Positions 1 to 11,770 of a stretch of 64,000 nt of DNA are shown here, piece after piece. This stretch comes from Escherichia phage vB_EcoM_SYGD1. Below the pieces are notes generated by a model that saw nothing but the letters and a program-made list of their open reading frames with translations, ran no database searches and was not told where the DNA came from. The position numbers and the translations under genes were made by a program. The stretch lies in the sequence record MW883059; one strand, given 5' to 3'. Every line of letters begins with the position of its first letter. Within the stretch, counting starts at the first letter, position 1.

Positions 1-312
1 TAACTTAGAAAGCCATTCATCAAAATCTTTTCTTGATAATTCTTCTTTTTCGTTAATTTGTGGGTCAATCCAGGCTTTATAGCCAAAGTTATCACAGAAC
101 TTTTTAATTTGCCCGACTAAGCCGAACGGAAGAAGGCGATTATAATCTAAAAGACGGATTCGTCCATCCCAGTGACCATATTTGTATTTCGGATTAAAAC
201 GATACCCATCAGCTTCAAAGCTAAAGAAATCACGGAGTTCATGAAATGTACTTTCTTCACAATCAATTCTCACGTGACTAAAATCATAAAAATGTACTTT
301 AATGTCAGTCAT
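1..312 (-). CDS. uvsW: UvsW helicase, N-terminal 104 codons only (gene runs off the left edge)
   Basis: Minus-strand ATG at 312..310; translation MTDIKVHFYDFSHVRIDCEESTFHELRDFFSFEADGYRFNP... matches the T4 UvsW N-terminus as I recall it; not in ORF track because no stop lies inside the window. Confidence 0.7.
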   Translation of the reverse strand, partial: MTDIKVHFYDFSHVRIDCEESTFHELRDFFSFEADGYRFNPKYKYGHWDGRIRLLDYNRLLPFGLVGQIKKFCDNFGYKAWIDPQINEKEELSRKDFDEWLSKL

Positions 313-341
313 GTCTAAATACCATGTAATAAATATATCTA

Positions 342-349
342 TATTTATA
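342..349 (-). promoter_or_regulatory. T4-type late promoter TATAAATA upstream of uvsW
   Basis: plus-strand tatttata = minus-strand TATAAATA about 30 bp upstream of the uvsW ATG. Confidence 0.5.
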
Positions 350-362
350 CTGAGGAAATATT

Positions 363-1043
363 ATGATAGATAAAGATTATATTGCAGAGCTGAAGGCTCT
401 TGATGATAATAAAGAAGCTAAAGCTAAATTAGCTGAATACGCTGAACAGTTTGGTATAAAGGTCAAAAAGAATAAATCTTTTGATAATATCGTTGCTGAT
501 ATTGAAGAAGCCCTCCAGAAGCTCGCTAGTGAACCTATGCCAGAGACTGATGGGTTATCTATTAAAGACTTAATTGATGCTGCTGATGCCGCAGAGGGAT
601 TAAAATATGACGATGAAGAAGTCAATCCAGAGGCAGCACTTCTGATTGATTCTCCGGTTAAATCTGACATTAAAATTGAAGTAGTAGAAAAGGATAAAAT
701 TCCTGAAAATACCGATGTTTTGATTGAAGATACTCCTTTTGTTGAAGAAAAATTCGAACAAGCTGTAGCTGAGATTATTGAATCTGAAAAGCCGTCTGTA
801 TTTACTCTTCCGGAAAACTTTAGTCCGAATCTTCAGCTGATTGGAAAAAATCCAGGATTCTGTACTGTTCCTTGGTGGATTTATCAATGGATTGCTGAAA
901 CTCCGGATTGGAAATCTCACCCAACTAGTTTTGAACACGCGTCGGCACACCAAACTTTATTTAGCTTAATTTACTACATTAACCGTGACGGATCAGTTCT
1001 AATTCGTGAAACACGTAATTCTTCTTTCGTAACATTAAAATAA
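363..1043 (+). CDS. inh: Inh, inhibitor of prohead protease gp21
   Basis: ORF track 226 aa; position after hoc and length as in T4; RBS gagg upstream. Confidence 0.8.
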   Translation: MIDKDYIAELKALDDNKEAKAKLAEYAEQFGIKVKKNKSFDNIVADIEEALQKLASEPMPETDGLSIKDLIDAADAAEGLKYDDEEVNPEAALLIDSPVKSDIKIEVVEKDKIPENTDVLIEDTPFVEEKFEQAVAEIIESEKPSVFTLPENFSPNLQLIGKNPGFCTVPWWIYQWIAETPDWKSHPTSFEHASAHQTLFSLIYYINRDGSVLIRETRNSSFVTLK

Positions 1044-1052
1044 GGATAACTT

Positions 1053-2183
1053 ATGGCTTTTACAGTTGATATAACTCCTAAAACACCTACTGGAGTTATC
1101 GATCAGACTCAGCAGTTTACTGCTACACCCAGTGGTCAAACTGGAGGTGGAACTATTACCTATGCTTGGACTGTAGACGATGTTCCACAAGATGGAACTG
1201 AAGCAACTTTTAGTTATGTACTAAAAGGACCTGCCGGTCAAAAGACTATTAAAGTAGTTGCAACAAACACAGTTCCAGAAGCTGAGGCTGAAACAGCAGA
1301 AGCTTCTACAACTATCACAGTTCAAAATAAGACACAGATAACTACCTTGGCAGTAACTCCCGATAGTCCTTCAGCTGGAGTAATTGGAACCCCAGTTCAA
1401 TTTACTGCCGCCTTAGCTTCTCAACCACCAGGCGCATCTGCTACGTATCAGTGGCATGTAAATGGTTCTCCTGTGAGCGAAGCAACTAGCGCTACATTCA
1501 ATTACACTCCTACTACAAGCGGAGTTAAAAAAATTAAATGTGTAGCTCAAGTAACCGCGACAGATTATGATGCAAAGGAAGTTACTTCTAATGAAGTATC
1601 ATTGACGGTTAATAAGAAGACAATGAATCCACAGATTGCATTGACTCCTCCTTCTATTAACGTTCAGCAAGATGCTTCGGCTACATTTACTGCTAATGTT
1701 ACTGGCGCACCTGACGCAGCACAAATTACTTACTCGTGGAAGAAAGATTCTTCTCCTGTAGAAGGGTCAACTAACGTATATACTGTCGATACCTCATCTG
1801 TTGGAAGTCAAACTATTGAAGTTACTGCTGTCGTTACTGCAACTGATTACGATAGCAAAACTATTACAGCAGAAGGTCAAGTTCAGGTAACTGATAAAGT
1901 TGCTCCAGAACCAGAAGGTGAACTACCTTATGTTCATCCTCTTCCACATCGTACTTCAGCTTATATCTGGTGCGGTTGGTGGGTTATGGATGAAATCCAA
2001 AAAATGACCGAAGAAGGTAAAGATTGGAAAACTGAAGATCCAGACAGTAAATACTACCTGCATCGTTACACTCTTCAGAAGATGATGAAAGACTATCCAG
2101 AAGTTGATGTTCAAGAATCACGCAATGGATACATCATTCATAAAACTGCTTTAGAAACTGGTATCATCTATACCTATCCATAA
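1053..2183 (+). CDS. hoc: Hoc, highly immunogenic outer capsid protein (Ig-like repeats)
   Basis: ORF track 376 aa; repeated Ig-like modules (TYxW...ATF.Y motifs) and C-terminal capsid-binding region recognisable as T4 Hoc. Confidence 0.9.
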   Translation: MAFTVDITPKTPTGVIDQTQQFTATPSGQTGGGTITYAWTVDDVPQDGTEATFSYVLKGPAGQKTIKVVATNTVPEAEAETAEASTTITVQNKTQITTLAVTPDSPSAGVIGTPVQFTAALASQPPGASATYQWHVNGSPVSEATSATFNYTPTTSGVKKIKCVAQVTATDYDAKEVTSNEVSLTVNKKTMNPQIALTPPSINVQQDASATFTANVTGAPDAAQITYSWKKDSSPVEGSTNVYTVDTSSVGSQTIEVTAVVTATDYDSKTITAEGQVQVTDKVAPEPEGELPYVHPLPHRTSAYIWCGWWVMDEIQKMTEEGKDWKTEDPDSKYYLHRYTLQKMMKDYPEVDVQESRNGYIIHKTALETGIIYTYP

Positions 2184-2187
2184 TCAT

Positions 2188-2215
2188 AAGGGGCTTCGGC
2201 CCCTTTCTTCATTTT
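2188..2215 (+). terminator. Intrinsic terminator after hoc
   Basis: hairpin GGGGC-TTCG-GCCCC followed by tttcttcatttt. Confidence 0.6.
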
Positions 2216-2272
2216 GAAAGCACACAAAACACAATCAGAAAATGATGTATATAATGGCACCAACTCGATAAC

Positions 2273-2488
2273 ATGAGATTGATTATGAGAACTGAGGTTG
2301 TGGTGTTTACTCTTCATGAGTCTGGAAAGTCATTCATTGAAATTGCTCGTGAATTAAACTTACAGGCAAAAGAAGTGGCTGTACTATGGGCTCGAGCTAT
2401 GACTGCTAAAAATAAATTTGAAACTCGAGAAAAAGTCGTCTATAGAAAAAGACATATCAATAAAAAGGTGAAAAATGGAACAGTATGA
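2273..2488 (+). CDS. small hypothetical protein (T4 24.3 position)
   Basis: ORF track 71 aa; synteny between hoc and rnlB. Confidence 0.45.
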   Translation: MRLIMRTEVVVFTLHESGKSFIEIARELNLQAKEVAVLWARAMTAKNKFETREKVVYRKRHINKKVKNGTV

Positions 2489-2753
2489 TCTTTATGAAAA
2501 TGAATCTTTTGCTAATCAATTGCGCGAAAAAGCACTTAAAAGTAAACAGTTTAAGCTAGAGTGTTTTATTAAAGATTTTTCGGAACTTGCTAATAAAGCA
2601 GCTGAACAAGGTAAAACACATTTTAGTTATTATTGTATTGCTCGTGATAAATTGATTACTGAAGAAATTGGTGATTGGCTGAGAAAAGAAGGATTCAGCT
2701 TTAAAGTCAATAGTGATCAGCGTGATGGTGATTGGTTAGAAATTACATTTTGA
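2475..2753 (+). CDS. small hypothetical protein (T4 24.2 position)
   Basis: ORF track 92 aa; synteny. Confidence 0.5.
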   Translation: MEQYDLYENESFANQLREKALKSKQFKLECFIKDFSELANKAAEQGKTHFSYYCIARDKLITEEIGDWLRKEGFSFKVNSDQRDGDWLEITF

Positions 2754-2762
2754 GGATTAATT

Positions 2763-3767
2763 ATGTTTAAAAAGTATAGCAGTCTTGAAAATCATTACAA
2801 CTCTAAATTTATTGAAAAACTTTATAGCTTGGGATTGACTGGTGGGGAGTGGGTAGCTCGTGAAAAGATTCACGGCACAAATTTCTCATTGATTATTGAG
2901 CGTGATAAAGTAACTTGCGCTAAACGTACTGGACCGATTCTTCCTGCTGAAGATTTCTTTGGGTATGAAATTATTCTAAAGAATTACGAAGATTCTATTA
3001 AAGCAGTACAAGATATTATGGAAACCTCAGCGGTTGTATCTTATCAAGTCTTTGGCGAATTCGCTGGACCTGGCATTCAGAAGAATGTCGATTATGGCGA
3101 TAAAGATTTTTATGTATTTGACATTATTGTTACTACAGAAAGTGGTGATGTGACTTATGTCGATGATTATATGATGGAATCATTTTGTAATACATTTAAA
3201 TTTAAAATGGCTCCACTTTTAGGTCGCGGTAAATTTGAAGAGCTTATTAAATTGCCAAATGATTTAGATTCTGTCGTCCAAGATTATAATTTTACAGTAG
3301 ACCATGCTGGATTAGTTGACGCTAACAAATGTGTTTGGAAAGCTGAAGCCAAAGGCGAAGTATTTACCGCTGAAGGATATGTATTGAAACCTTGTTATCC
3401 TTCTTGGCTTCATAATGGAAATCGTGTAGCCATCAAATGCAAGAATTCCAAATTTAGTGAAAAGAAAAAGTCTGATAAGCCTATTAAAGCTAAAGTTGAA
3501 CTATCAGAAGCTGATAACAAATTGGTGGGAATTTTAGCTTGCTATGTTACACTGAACCGAGTAAATAACGTTATTTCTAAAATTGGTGAAATTGGTCCGA
3601 AGGATTTTGGAAAGGTGATGGGACTAACTGTTCAAGATATTTTGGAAGAAACTTCTCGTGAAGGTATTACTCTAACTCAAGCAGATAATCCTTCTTTGGT
3701 TAAAAAGGAATTAGTTAAAATGGTACAAGATGTACTTCGTCCGGCTTGGAATGAATTGGTAAGTTAA
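2763..3767 (+). CDS. rnlB: RNA ligase 2
   Basis: ORF track 334 aa; lysine nucleotidyltransferase motif I in EKIHGTNFS; same length and position as T4 Rnl2 (gp24.1). Confidence 0.85.
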   Translation: MFKKYSSLENHYNSKFIEKLYSLGLTGGEWVAREKIHGTNFSLIIERDKVTCAKRTGPILPAEDFFGYEIILKNYEDSIKAVQDIMETSAVVSYQVFGEFAGPGIQKNVDYGDKDFYVFDIIVTTESGDVTYVDDYMMESFCNTFKFKMAPLLGRGKFEELIKLPNDLDSVVQDYNFTVDHAGLVDANKCVWKAEAKGEVFTAEGYVLKPCYPSWLHNGNRVAIKCKNSKFSEKKKSDKPIKAKVELSEADNKLVGILACYVTLNRVNNVISKIGEIGPKDFGKVMGLTVQDILEETSREGITLTQADNPSLVKKELVKMVQDVLRPAWNELVS

Positions 3768-3769
3768 AT

Positions 3770-3800
3770 AAAAAGGGACCGAAAGGTCCCTTTGTTTTAT
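3770..3800. terminator. Bidirectional intrinsic terminator between convergent rnlB and gene 24
   Basis: hairpin AAAGGGACC-GAAA-GGTCCCTTT flanked by A-run on one side and T-run on the other. Confidence 0.65.
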
Positions 3801-5080
3801 TCATCAACGATAATTTTTGGTAGCTTAACACCTAATAAAACAGACAAATCTGAACGACCCGCCATTTTATCCATGTCTCCACCATCAATTATTCTTGCTT
3901 CTTTTTCATCTTTTGCTACAGTGTAAGGATTTGCTGATAAAGCATATCTAACTAATAAACCGATAGATGGCTGCAAACTTTCTGGGTCAACTACAACTTT
4001 AAATGCACCTACATGTTCAGGGTCATCTAAGTCAAGACCTTCTGTATACGGAGCATAGAAAATTGATCCAACAATTTCTTTTTCACCGATATTTTCTACT
4101 ACACCAACGATTACATAATCTAATGGGCTGTTAGTATCGCAATAAAGCGGTAAACCATTAGCTAAGAACCCATAGGCATTTTGTGAAAGATATTTATCAT
4201 CTTCTGGTTTATGTTTTAACCAACCTGATGCAGCAAGAATCGCAGCAGCACGAGCTGAAGCAACACAGAACGTTGCTGTATAAGTTGATTCTTTTTGGAT
4301 ATGCGAAACCATTTCACATACCATTCGGTATAATGAACGACCAGCTTCAGGTGCAGATGCATAACTCAAATCAATGAATCCGGTATCAGTAATTCCTGTA
4401 ACTTTATAGCGTTTTGATACTGTAATCAAAGATTGCAGAATATCTTTATTGATTTCATCTGCCATTTCAGTTGCAAGCAAATCTTCCAAGAAATTAGGAG
4501 CATCGAATCCATTTGCTTCTAAATCTTGTGCTAATTCAACTGTGATACCAGTTTTAAGTTTACGAGATTTAACTGCGGTTTGCCATTTATTAATCTGGAA
4601 TCTAGCATCAGCAATTTCGCTATCAGAGCTTTCAAATTTGCTTGTTGATGCTGCATCAGAAAATAGACGAACCTTTAAAAGAACAATTGCAATCTGAAGA
4701 GCTAATTCTAAATCGCTTTCTTCAATGGTAGCAAATGGTGTATCTTCTAATACTTTATAAACGATATTATTATATTTGAATAAATCGCCTTTATTGAGAG
4801 TTAATTTAGACTCTTCTGTTAATTCAGTGATTTGTTCTCGGTCTACATATCCAGCTTCACCAGCGTAAGTAGCACCAGTTTTAAATGTAAATTCGTTATC
4901 TGGATTAAGGTATTTGATACCATAAAAAGCAGCAACAGGTTGATTAGTTCTTTGCGTTGCTACAATGTCAGAATATATTAATTTAGTGGTAGCGCGAGTC
5001 AAAGCAACGAGATTTGGGCGACCGATTGAGTTGCTATTCGTTGTGGTTGATTCGCGCAGAAGTTCGTTGATTTTAGCCAT
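3797..5080 (-). CDS. 24: gp24 head vertex protein
   Basis: ORF track 427 aa; N-terminus MAKINELLRESTTTNSN and length as T4 gp24; gp23 paralog. Confidence 0.9.
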   Translation of the reverse strand: MAKINELLRESTTTNSNSIGRPNLVALTRATTKLIYSDIVATQRTNQPVAAFYGIKYLNPDNEFTFKTGATYAGEAGYVDREQITELTEESKLTLNKGDLFKYNNIVYKVLEDTPFATIEESDLELALQIAIVLLKVRLFSDAASTSKFESSDSEIADARFQINKWQTAVKSRKLKTGITVELAQDLEANGFDAPNFLEDLLATEMADEINKDILQSLITVSKRYKVTGITDTGFIDLSYASAPEAGRSLYRMVCEMVSHIQKESTYTATFCVASARAAAILAASGWLKHKPEDDKYLSQNAYGFLANGLPLYCDTNSPLDYVIVGVVENIGEKEIVGSIFYAPYTEGLDLDDPEHVGAFKVVVDPESLQPSIGLLVRYALSANPYTVAKDEKEARIIDGGDMDKMAGRSDLSVLLGVKLPKIIVDE

Positions 5081-5107
5081 TGCGCTTTCCTTTTGGTTTA
5101 TATGATT

Positions 5108-5115
5108 TATTTATA
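5108..5115 (-). promoter_or_regulatory. Late promoter TATAAATA for gene 24
   Basis: plus-strand tatttata 28 bp upstream of gene 24 ATG. Confidence 0.55.
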
Positions 5116-5120
5116 CCATA

Positions 5121-5149
5121 AAAACAACTAAAGGGACCCGAAGGTCCCT
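5121..5149 (-). terminator. Intrinsic terminator after gene 23
   Basis: hairpin AGGGACC-TTCG-GGTCCCT followed on the minus strand by ttagttgtttt. Confidence 0.6.
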
Positions 5150-5163
5150 TAAATCGTCAAAGA

Positions 5164-6729
5164 TTAGATACCTTTAACATATACACGGCGGAAGTAAGCG
5201 TTTTTACCAAGGCTATTCAGAATAGAAGGCATACCGCTTTGAATGCGAGAAGCCGGAGCCTGAGCAGCGGATTCTGCAAATGGGTTGATACCGATACCGT
5301 AACGAGTTTTGAATCCCATTACTGGTTGGAAGTTCTTCGGATCGGAACCACGCAGCGGAGTCAGAGCTACATATGGAGCATAGTAAATACCAGCATCCAT
5401 TTCGTTCGGACCTTTATAACCTACGGTGAAATAATCCTGTTTAGCATACTGGTCGATATATACACGGTATTTACCACCCAGAACACCAGCAAATACTGAC
5501 TTGGTAGTATCAGTGTTAAAGCCAGTAGCCAGACCTTGTGCAGCATAAGAAATGCCGGTATCAACTGAAGCCAGAACGTTAACTACGTTACGGGAAGCGA
5601 TAATGAAGTTACCTTCACCACGACCGGTCTGACGAGCAATTTCAACTGCTTCTTTGTCAATCTGGAACAACAGAGCTTTAAAGGATTCACCTGCCCAGCG
5701 AGCACCACGAATATCGATTGGGTCCTGGAAGTCAAATACACCAGCTTTAGAACCCGGAGTCAGGGTCATACCAGATTTACCAACCTGAGCGGAGTAGTTA
5801 ATCCAATCAACAACTTCGCGGTTGATTTCCAGCATAATTTCGGTAGCCAGAATACCAGACAGTTCAGCATCAGCATCCATACCGTGAACAGCGCGAAGGT
5901 CTTGTGCTAATTCAATAGAGTAAGCAGCTTTCAGCTGACGAGATTTAGCTTCGATAACTTGCTTATCGATACGGAAGCCCATTTCATTCCATGGGTTATC
6001 GGTAGAACCGTTAAAACCTTCCTGAAGTTCAGCGATAGAAGTAGCCATACCTTCAGCGATTTCTACCAATACGCCAGCTTCCATTTGTTTCTTAATTTCA
6101 GCATCTAATTTAGCTGCGTCAGATGCGCCTGAATCAATTTGTTTAACTTCTGTAGCTTGCAGATATACTGTACCAGTTTCCTGGAAGAAGTGAGTGTAAA
6201 TAGTTCCGACTTCAAGAGTATCACTTGCTTTCAAAGCAGCGAATTTCTTAGCAGCACCCTGACCAGAGAACATTGCATCTGGACCATACATTGGGTGGAA
6301 TGCTTCTTTAGCACCGGCAGCGATTGGGTCTTTACCATATACTGCGCGCAGTGCGAATACCTGGCCAGTCGGGCTGTTCATTGGCTGAACACCACAAATA
6401 TCGAAAGCAATCAGGTTAGGAATAGCACGACGTACCATACCCATAACAGCTGGGCCAATCTGAGTTACTGCTCCAGAAGTCTGACCTGCAGCGATGTTGG
6501 TAGCATTGTAACCGTGGTCACCACCGATTTCAGCTTCTGTTAAGAAAGAACCGAATGCCTGAGCAATTTTTTCGTCTTTATATTCCGGAGCTGTCTGGAA
6601 ATCTTTTTCCTGGTTTTCAAAGATTTTAGCGATAATCGCTTGTTTGCTATTAGCAATTTCCGGTAAACCTTCACCTTCCAGTAATGGCTTCCATTTGTTC
6701 AAAAGTTCAGCTTTAGTTTTGATAGTCAT
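5164..6729 (-). CDS. 23: gp23 major capsid protein
   Basis: ORF track 521 aa; N-terminus MTIKTKAELLNKWKPLLEGEG and length as T4 gp23. Confidence 0.95.
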   Translation of the reverse strand: MTIKTKAELLNKWKPLLEGEGLPEIANSKQAIIAKIFENQEKDFQTAPEYKDEKIAQAFGSFLTEAEIGGDHGYNATNIAAGQTSGAVTQIGPAVMGMVRRAIPNLIAFDICGVQPMNSPTGQVFALRAVYGKDPIAAGAKEAFHPMYGPDAMFSGQGAAKKFAALKASDTLEVGTIYTHFFQETGTVYLQATEVKQIDSGASDAAKLDAEIKKQMEAGVLVEIAEGMATSIAELQEGFNGSTDNPWNEMGFRIDKQVIEAKSRQLKAAYSIELAQDLRAVHGMDADAELSGILATEIMLEINREVVDWINYSAQVGKSGMTLTPGSKAGVFDFQDPIDIRGARWAGESFKALLFQIDKEAVEIARQTGRGEGNFIIASRNVVNVLASVDTGISYAAQGLATGFNTDTTKSVFAGVLGGKYRVYIDQYAKQDYFTVGYKGPNEMDAGIYYAPYVALTPLRGSDPKNFQPVMGFKTRYGIGINPFAESAAQAPASRIQSGMPSILNSLGKNAYFRRVYVKGI

Positions 6730-6747
6730 TTGTGTTAACCTTTAAAA

Positions 6748-7557
6748 TTAGAAACGAGATGCGACTTTCGCATATACACTTACAATATCTTCTGCACCTT
6801 GTGCAGATTTATCTTCTACAGCTTCAGTGACGAAATTCAGTCCGGCTGCTTCAGTATCAGGAGTATTTATACTCTCAGTAATAGTGCTTTCATCTTTATT
6901 AGATTTCTTCACCATTTCTACGATTGCACTCAATTTACTTGAGAATGCATCTGAATAATCCATACCTTCGACCAGAGCAGAGACTTTTTCTTTTTGAGAC
7001 TCAGTCAGATCTTTAGTACTTTCGCTCAATGCCACTTCACGCTGCACATAATTGATATATGCGTCACGCTTATTGAGTTCTTCGAACAGACGAGCTGATT
7101 CTTCTTTATGTTCTTGCAGTTCTTCTTCCATTTCAGCTACAACATCAACTGATTCTTCTGGAACAACAACGTTGTGTTCAACGAAGAGCTCTTTCAATCC
7201 ACCAAGCATGGATTCAAACAATTCGGCTTTGATACCTTTATCTACTGCTAATTTATTTTCAGCGAGCCATTCTTTCGCAAGATGGTCGATGAATTTAGAA
7301 GCTTGCTCAGCGATTTTCTTCTCAGCTTTTTCTTCGGCTTCTTCTTTATTTTTTTCTACTTCTTCTTCTGCTTTTTCAGCAATTTTAGCGATATGAGATT
7401 CAGCTAATTTAACGGCGTGCTGCTTGACGGTAGCTTCGAATACAGTGCCGAAAGTTTCTTTTGCTTCCGGAGAAATATTAACTGATTCGAAAATACTATC
7501 AAGAGCAACGGAAGCATCAATTTTTTGCGCTTCAGCAATCAGTTGTTCTTTAAGCAT
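6748..7557 (-). CDS. 22: gp22 prohead core scaffold protein
   Basis: ORF track 269 aa; acidic coiled-coil scaffold, synteny. Confidence 0.85.
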   Translation of the reverse strand: MLKEQLIAEAQKIDASVALDSIFESVNISPEAKETFGTVFEATVKQHAVKLAESHIAKIAEKAEEEVEKNKEEAEEKAEKKIAEQASKFIDHLAKEWLAENKLAVDKGIKAELFESMLGGLKELFVEHNVVVPEESVDVVAEMEEELQEHKEESARLFEELNKRDAYINYVQREVALSESTKDLTESQKEKVSALVEGMDYSDAFSSKLSAIVEMVKKSNKDESTITESINTPDTEAAGLNFVTEAVEDKSAQGAEDIVSVYAKVASRF

Positions 7558-7585
7558 TTTGTAGTCCTGTTGTTTAGATAATAAT

Positions 7586-7593
7586 ATTTATAA
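7586..7593 (-). promoter_or_regulatory. Late promoter TATAAATA for gene 22
   Basis: plus-strand tatttata 29 bp upstream of gene 22 ATG, overlapping the 3' end of gene 21. Confidence 0.55.
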
Positions 7594-8226
7594 CGCTTTT
7601 TTCATGGCCTCTGCGAGAGCCATATAGGCGTCATCGGCACTTGTATCGGCTTCCGCCGTCTGTGATTCGGTAATTTCCTTAGGAGTTACCCATGCATCTG
7701 GAGCACTTGGACCCCATACTGCATCAACACCTACAGTTAATTTGAATCCTTCGTTTACGATACGATAACCTTTATTTGTGTCAGTCAATGAACCTAATCC
7801 ACGAGAAGAAACTCCTGGAATCCATCCGGCACGAATATTAGCTGCTAATTTATCTCCAGGACCGTGGTCACCTTCAATAACACGAGCTCGTCCGTATACG
7901 TCATTTCCTTTCCACCACATATCTTCTATAATGATAGCGGCTTGCATCGGGTCAACATTAGCGCGTGGAGGATGATTTAATTCTCCGAGAGCTTGTTTAG
8001 TTAAAACTTGCTCATTAATATAGTCTTTTACCGCTTTTTCTAATATGCGTTTTGGATAAAGACGTTTATTTCTATTGACGACTTCTGCTTGCATGAATAT
8101 TCCTTCGATGTATAAACCAGGTTTTAAACCTAAGTCTTTTCCATCGTGGGATTCGAGCATTGGCACACCATCAATAATTTCGCCAGGTTGACCCCAAGTT
8201 TCAATTAGTAATTGGGGTTCATTCAT
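7588..8226 (-). CDS. 21: gp21 prohead protease
   Basis: ORF track 212 aa; synteny and length as T4 gp21. Confidence 0.85.
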   Translation of the reverse strand: MNEPQLLIETWGQPGEIIDGVPMLESHDGKDLGLKPGLYIEGIFMQAEVVNRNKRLYPKRILEKAVKDYINEQVLTKQALGELNHPPRANVDPMQAAIIIEDMWWKGNDVYGRARVIEGDHGPGDKLAANIRAGWIPGVSSRGLGSLTDTNKGYRIVNEGFKLTVGVDAVWGPSAPDAWVTPKEITESQTAEADTSADDAYMALAEAMKKAL

Positions 8227-8651
8227 TAGCTTAATCCTAATGCTTTACGGCGTTTAAGAGCTTTTTTACGCTTACGCTGAGCACGAGATTGACCTGCTGG
8301 ATTGGCAATCTTCGTTTTGGTAGCTTTGCGAGCAATTTGTCTACGTTTTGCTTTAGACAGCCCAGTGGTTTGAAATGCATTACGTTCGCGTGTTTTGCGA
8401 TCTTTAGTACGTGTAATTTCACCACGAGCTGAAACGTGCTTAACAATGAATTCATTTAACGGCATGTTTTCATTAATAGAAGCTAATGCAACTGCTAAAT
8501 CAGTTTCATCATCAAGCATATTCTCGACAATTGTATTTATATCGTCTTTATTTAAAGCAGAAGACAATTCGTCAAAGCGACCCTGTGCTTCAGGAATAAG
8601 TGCTTCGACATTCTCGAGAACTAATTCATGAGTTTCAGGGATCAGAAGCAT
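8226..8651 (-). CDS. 68: gp68 prohead core protein
   Basis: ORF track 141 aa; basic C-terminus; synteny. Confidence 0.75.
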
Positions 8652-8892
8652 TATTCATCATCCTCGTCTTCGTCATCTTCGTCAGAGTCTTTGTCTTTTT
8701 TGTCGTCTTTATCATCACCGTCTTCGTCATCATCCTCGTCTTTAGGTTCTTCACCTTCGATTAAGAAATTACGAGCGATAGCGATTTTTTCTTCTTTAAT
8801 TAAATCAATCGTTCTTGCAGCCATGGCTTCAGCAAATAATTTACGAGCGGCTACGAGGTCGTTTGATTTAATAGCTTCAATTAAACCTTCCA

Positions 8893-8893
<1 letters not shown>
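8651..8893 (-). CDS. 67: gp67 prohead core protein
   Basis: ORF track 80 aa; poly-acidic C-terminal tail; synteny. Confidence 0.75.
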
Positions 8894-10518
<1,625 letters not shown>

Positions 10519-10550
10519 TTAAGCAGGATGGGGATTTCTCCCCATTCATT

Positions 10551-11042
10551 TTATTCCCAATAATCGAGAGCGAGAGTTACTTCAAATGTTTGGATTTCAT
10601 TGTTTGAATCCCAATCTAACTGAAGTTCACCCACGTTAGTAGGCCACAGGCCTTTAATTTCGACTTCTTTTGTTACAGTTTTAGCGTCACGAGCATATTG
10701 GCGTACAATAGCGCTCTTTTTATACTCTGCTGGTTTTCCACCAGTAATTTCGTTTCCTTGCCCAGCAGCAATGCTTTGCCAGTCAACAAACTTCTGGCGT
10801 GCATCATGCGCCTCATCATTCATTACTGTAATAGTCCAGTCATCGAATGTACGATCGCCTGCTACGTTAATTTTACGGTTCATAAATCCGACTGGAATTT
10901 TTTCTACAATACCAGCTGGTAAAGCAGTGGCTTTACATTGAAACGTAAAATTTTGTCCAAGATAAGAAATTTCTACTTGGAATAAGTTAGGTCGAGCAAA
11001 ATCACCAGATTCAAACGCTCGTGTTACATCATCTACAAACAT
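10551..11042 (-). CDS. 19: gp19 tail tube protein
   Basis: ORF track 163 aa; synteny and length as T4 gp19. Confidence 0.9.
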   Translation of the reverse strand: MFVDDVTRAFESGDFARPNLFQVEISYLGQNFTFQCKATALPAGIVEKIPVGFMNRKINVAGDRTFDDWTITVMNDEAHDARQKFVDWQSIAAGQGNEITGGKPAEYKKSAIVRQYARDAKTVTKEVEIKGLWPTNVGELQLDWDSNNEIQTFEVTLALDYWE

Positions 11043-11056
11043 ATTAGCCTCTGTAG

Positions 11057-11064
11057 TATTTATA
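11057..11064 (-). promoter_or_regulatory. Late promoter TATAAATA for gene 19
   Basis: plus-strand tatttata 15 bp upstream of gene 19 ATG; GAGG SD between. Confidence 0.5.
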
Positions 11065-11115
11065 TCCCTATGTTTAACCTAGGGCATATAGAATTAAAGA
11101 ATTAAGGATATAGTG

Positions 11116-11123
11116 TATTTATA
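11116..11123 (-). promoter_or_regulatory. Second late promoter-like TATAAATA between the HNH gene and gene 19
   Basis: plus-strand tatttata immediately after hairpin GGCCTG-CCGAAA-CAGGCC. Confidence 0.4.
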
Positions 11124-11149
11124 TGGCCTGCCGAAACAGGCCTTTAGAA

Positions 11150-11707
11150 TCATTCTAGTAAATCCCAAAGATCTACGCTATTTCTTTTTGACTTTTCTCG
11201 GTTAGATTCCCAAGTGATTATTTCTAAATTTTTTACGCTTGCTATAATTTCCGGCGGAATTAAATTATCAAATCCATATTTGATAGATACTTTATGATCG
11301 AGTTGGTAAGCACCTTCTACACCGCACACTCCTATTTTATCAGCATTCGGCCATTTTGACCAAATTTTTCTTATTTTAGCTGACTTAGTTATAGAATGAA
11401 CTCTACTAGCATATAATGCAAACTCTTTTCTTTTACCAGTCCATCGAGGATGTTTATCGCCTCTTTGCCATGGTCTGCTTATTCCGGATTGAACTTCCGA
11501 ATTTTTAATAGCAACTTGTTTAATGCTGCATTTTCTACACGCATGTGTGGGTGTTCTATTTAAAAGCTGAATGCTTCTACTAAATTTAATACCGCACAAA
11601 TCACATTTAGCGTCAACTATTTTATTACTATTCTTTGGCATTAATTCTATTGGAACAGATACTGTATCATGATATGATACTTCATATCCTAGAATTGCCG
11701 ACCACAT
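11150..11707 (-). CDS. HNH-family homing endonuclease (free-standing, inserted between genes 18 and 19)
   Basis: ORF track 11150..11794 begins with TTG and reads through a hairpin; first ATG is at 11707. Cys pairs (CDLCG, CRKCS) then HNH-like DHKVS...N...NLEIITWESNREK. Confidence 0.55.
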   Translation of the reverse strand: MWSAILGYEVSYHDTVSVPIELMPKNSNKIVDAKCDLCGIKFSRSIQLLNRTPTHACRKCSIKQVAIKNSEVQSGISRPWQRGDKHPRWTGKRKEFALYASRVHSITKSAKIRKIWSKWPNADKIGVCGVEGAYQLDHKVSIKYGFDNLIPPEIIASVKNLEIITWESNREKSKRNSVDLWDLLE

Positions 11708-11770
11708 TTTTGAATGATTTCTTGGTTTTATTGTAACAAACTTAGAAATAATCACTTGTTTCCTCGAGAA

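Noticed and set aside
377-953. ORF-track minus-strand ORFs 377..670 and 600..953 inside inh
   Set aside because: Antisense to a well-supported gene, low-complexity translations, no RBS; typical shadow ORFs.
2230-2260. Possible sigma70-type promoter (tgtatataat) upstream of ORF 2273
   Set aside because: A -10-like hexamer is present but no convincing -35 or GTTTAC element at the right spacing; left unannotated.
4183-7396. Plus-strand ORFs 4183..4377, 4449..4697, 5239..5499, 6139..6543, 7052..7396 inside genes 24, 23 and 22
   Set aside because: Antisense shadow ORFs within highly conserved capsid genes; no start signals.
11125-11142. Hairpin GGCCTG-CCGAAA-CAGGCC after the HNH gene as a terminator
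   Set aside because: On the transcribed strand it is followed by atataaata (a late promoter) rather than a U-tract, so intrinsic termination is doubtful.
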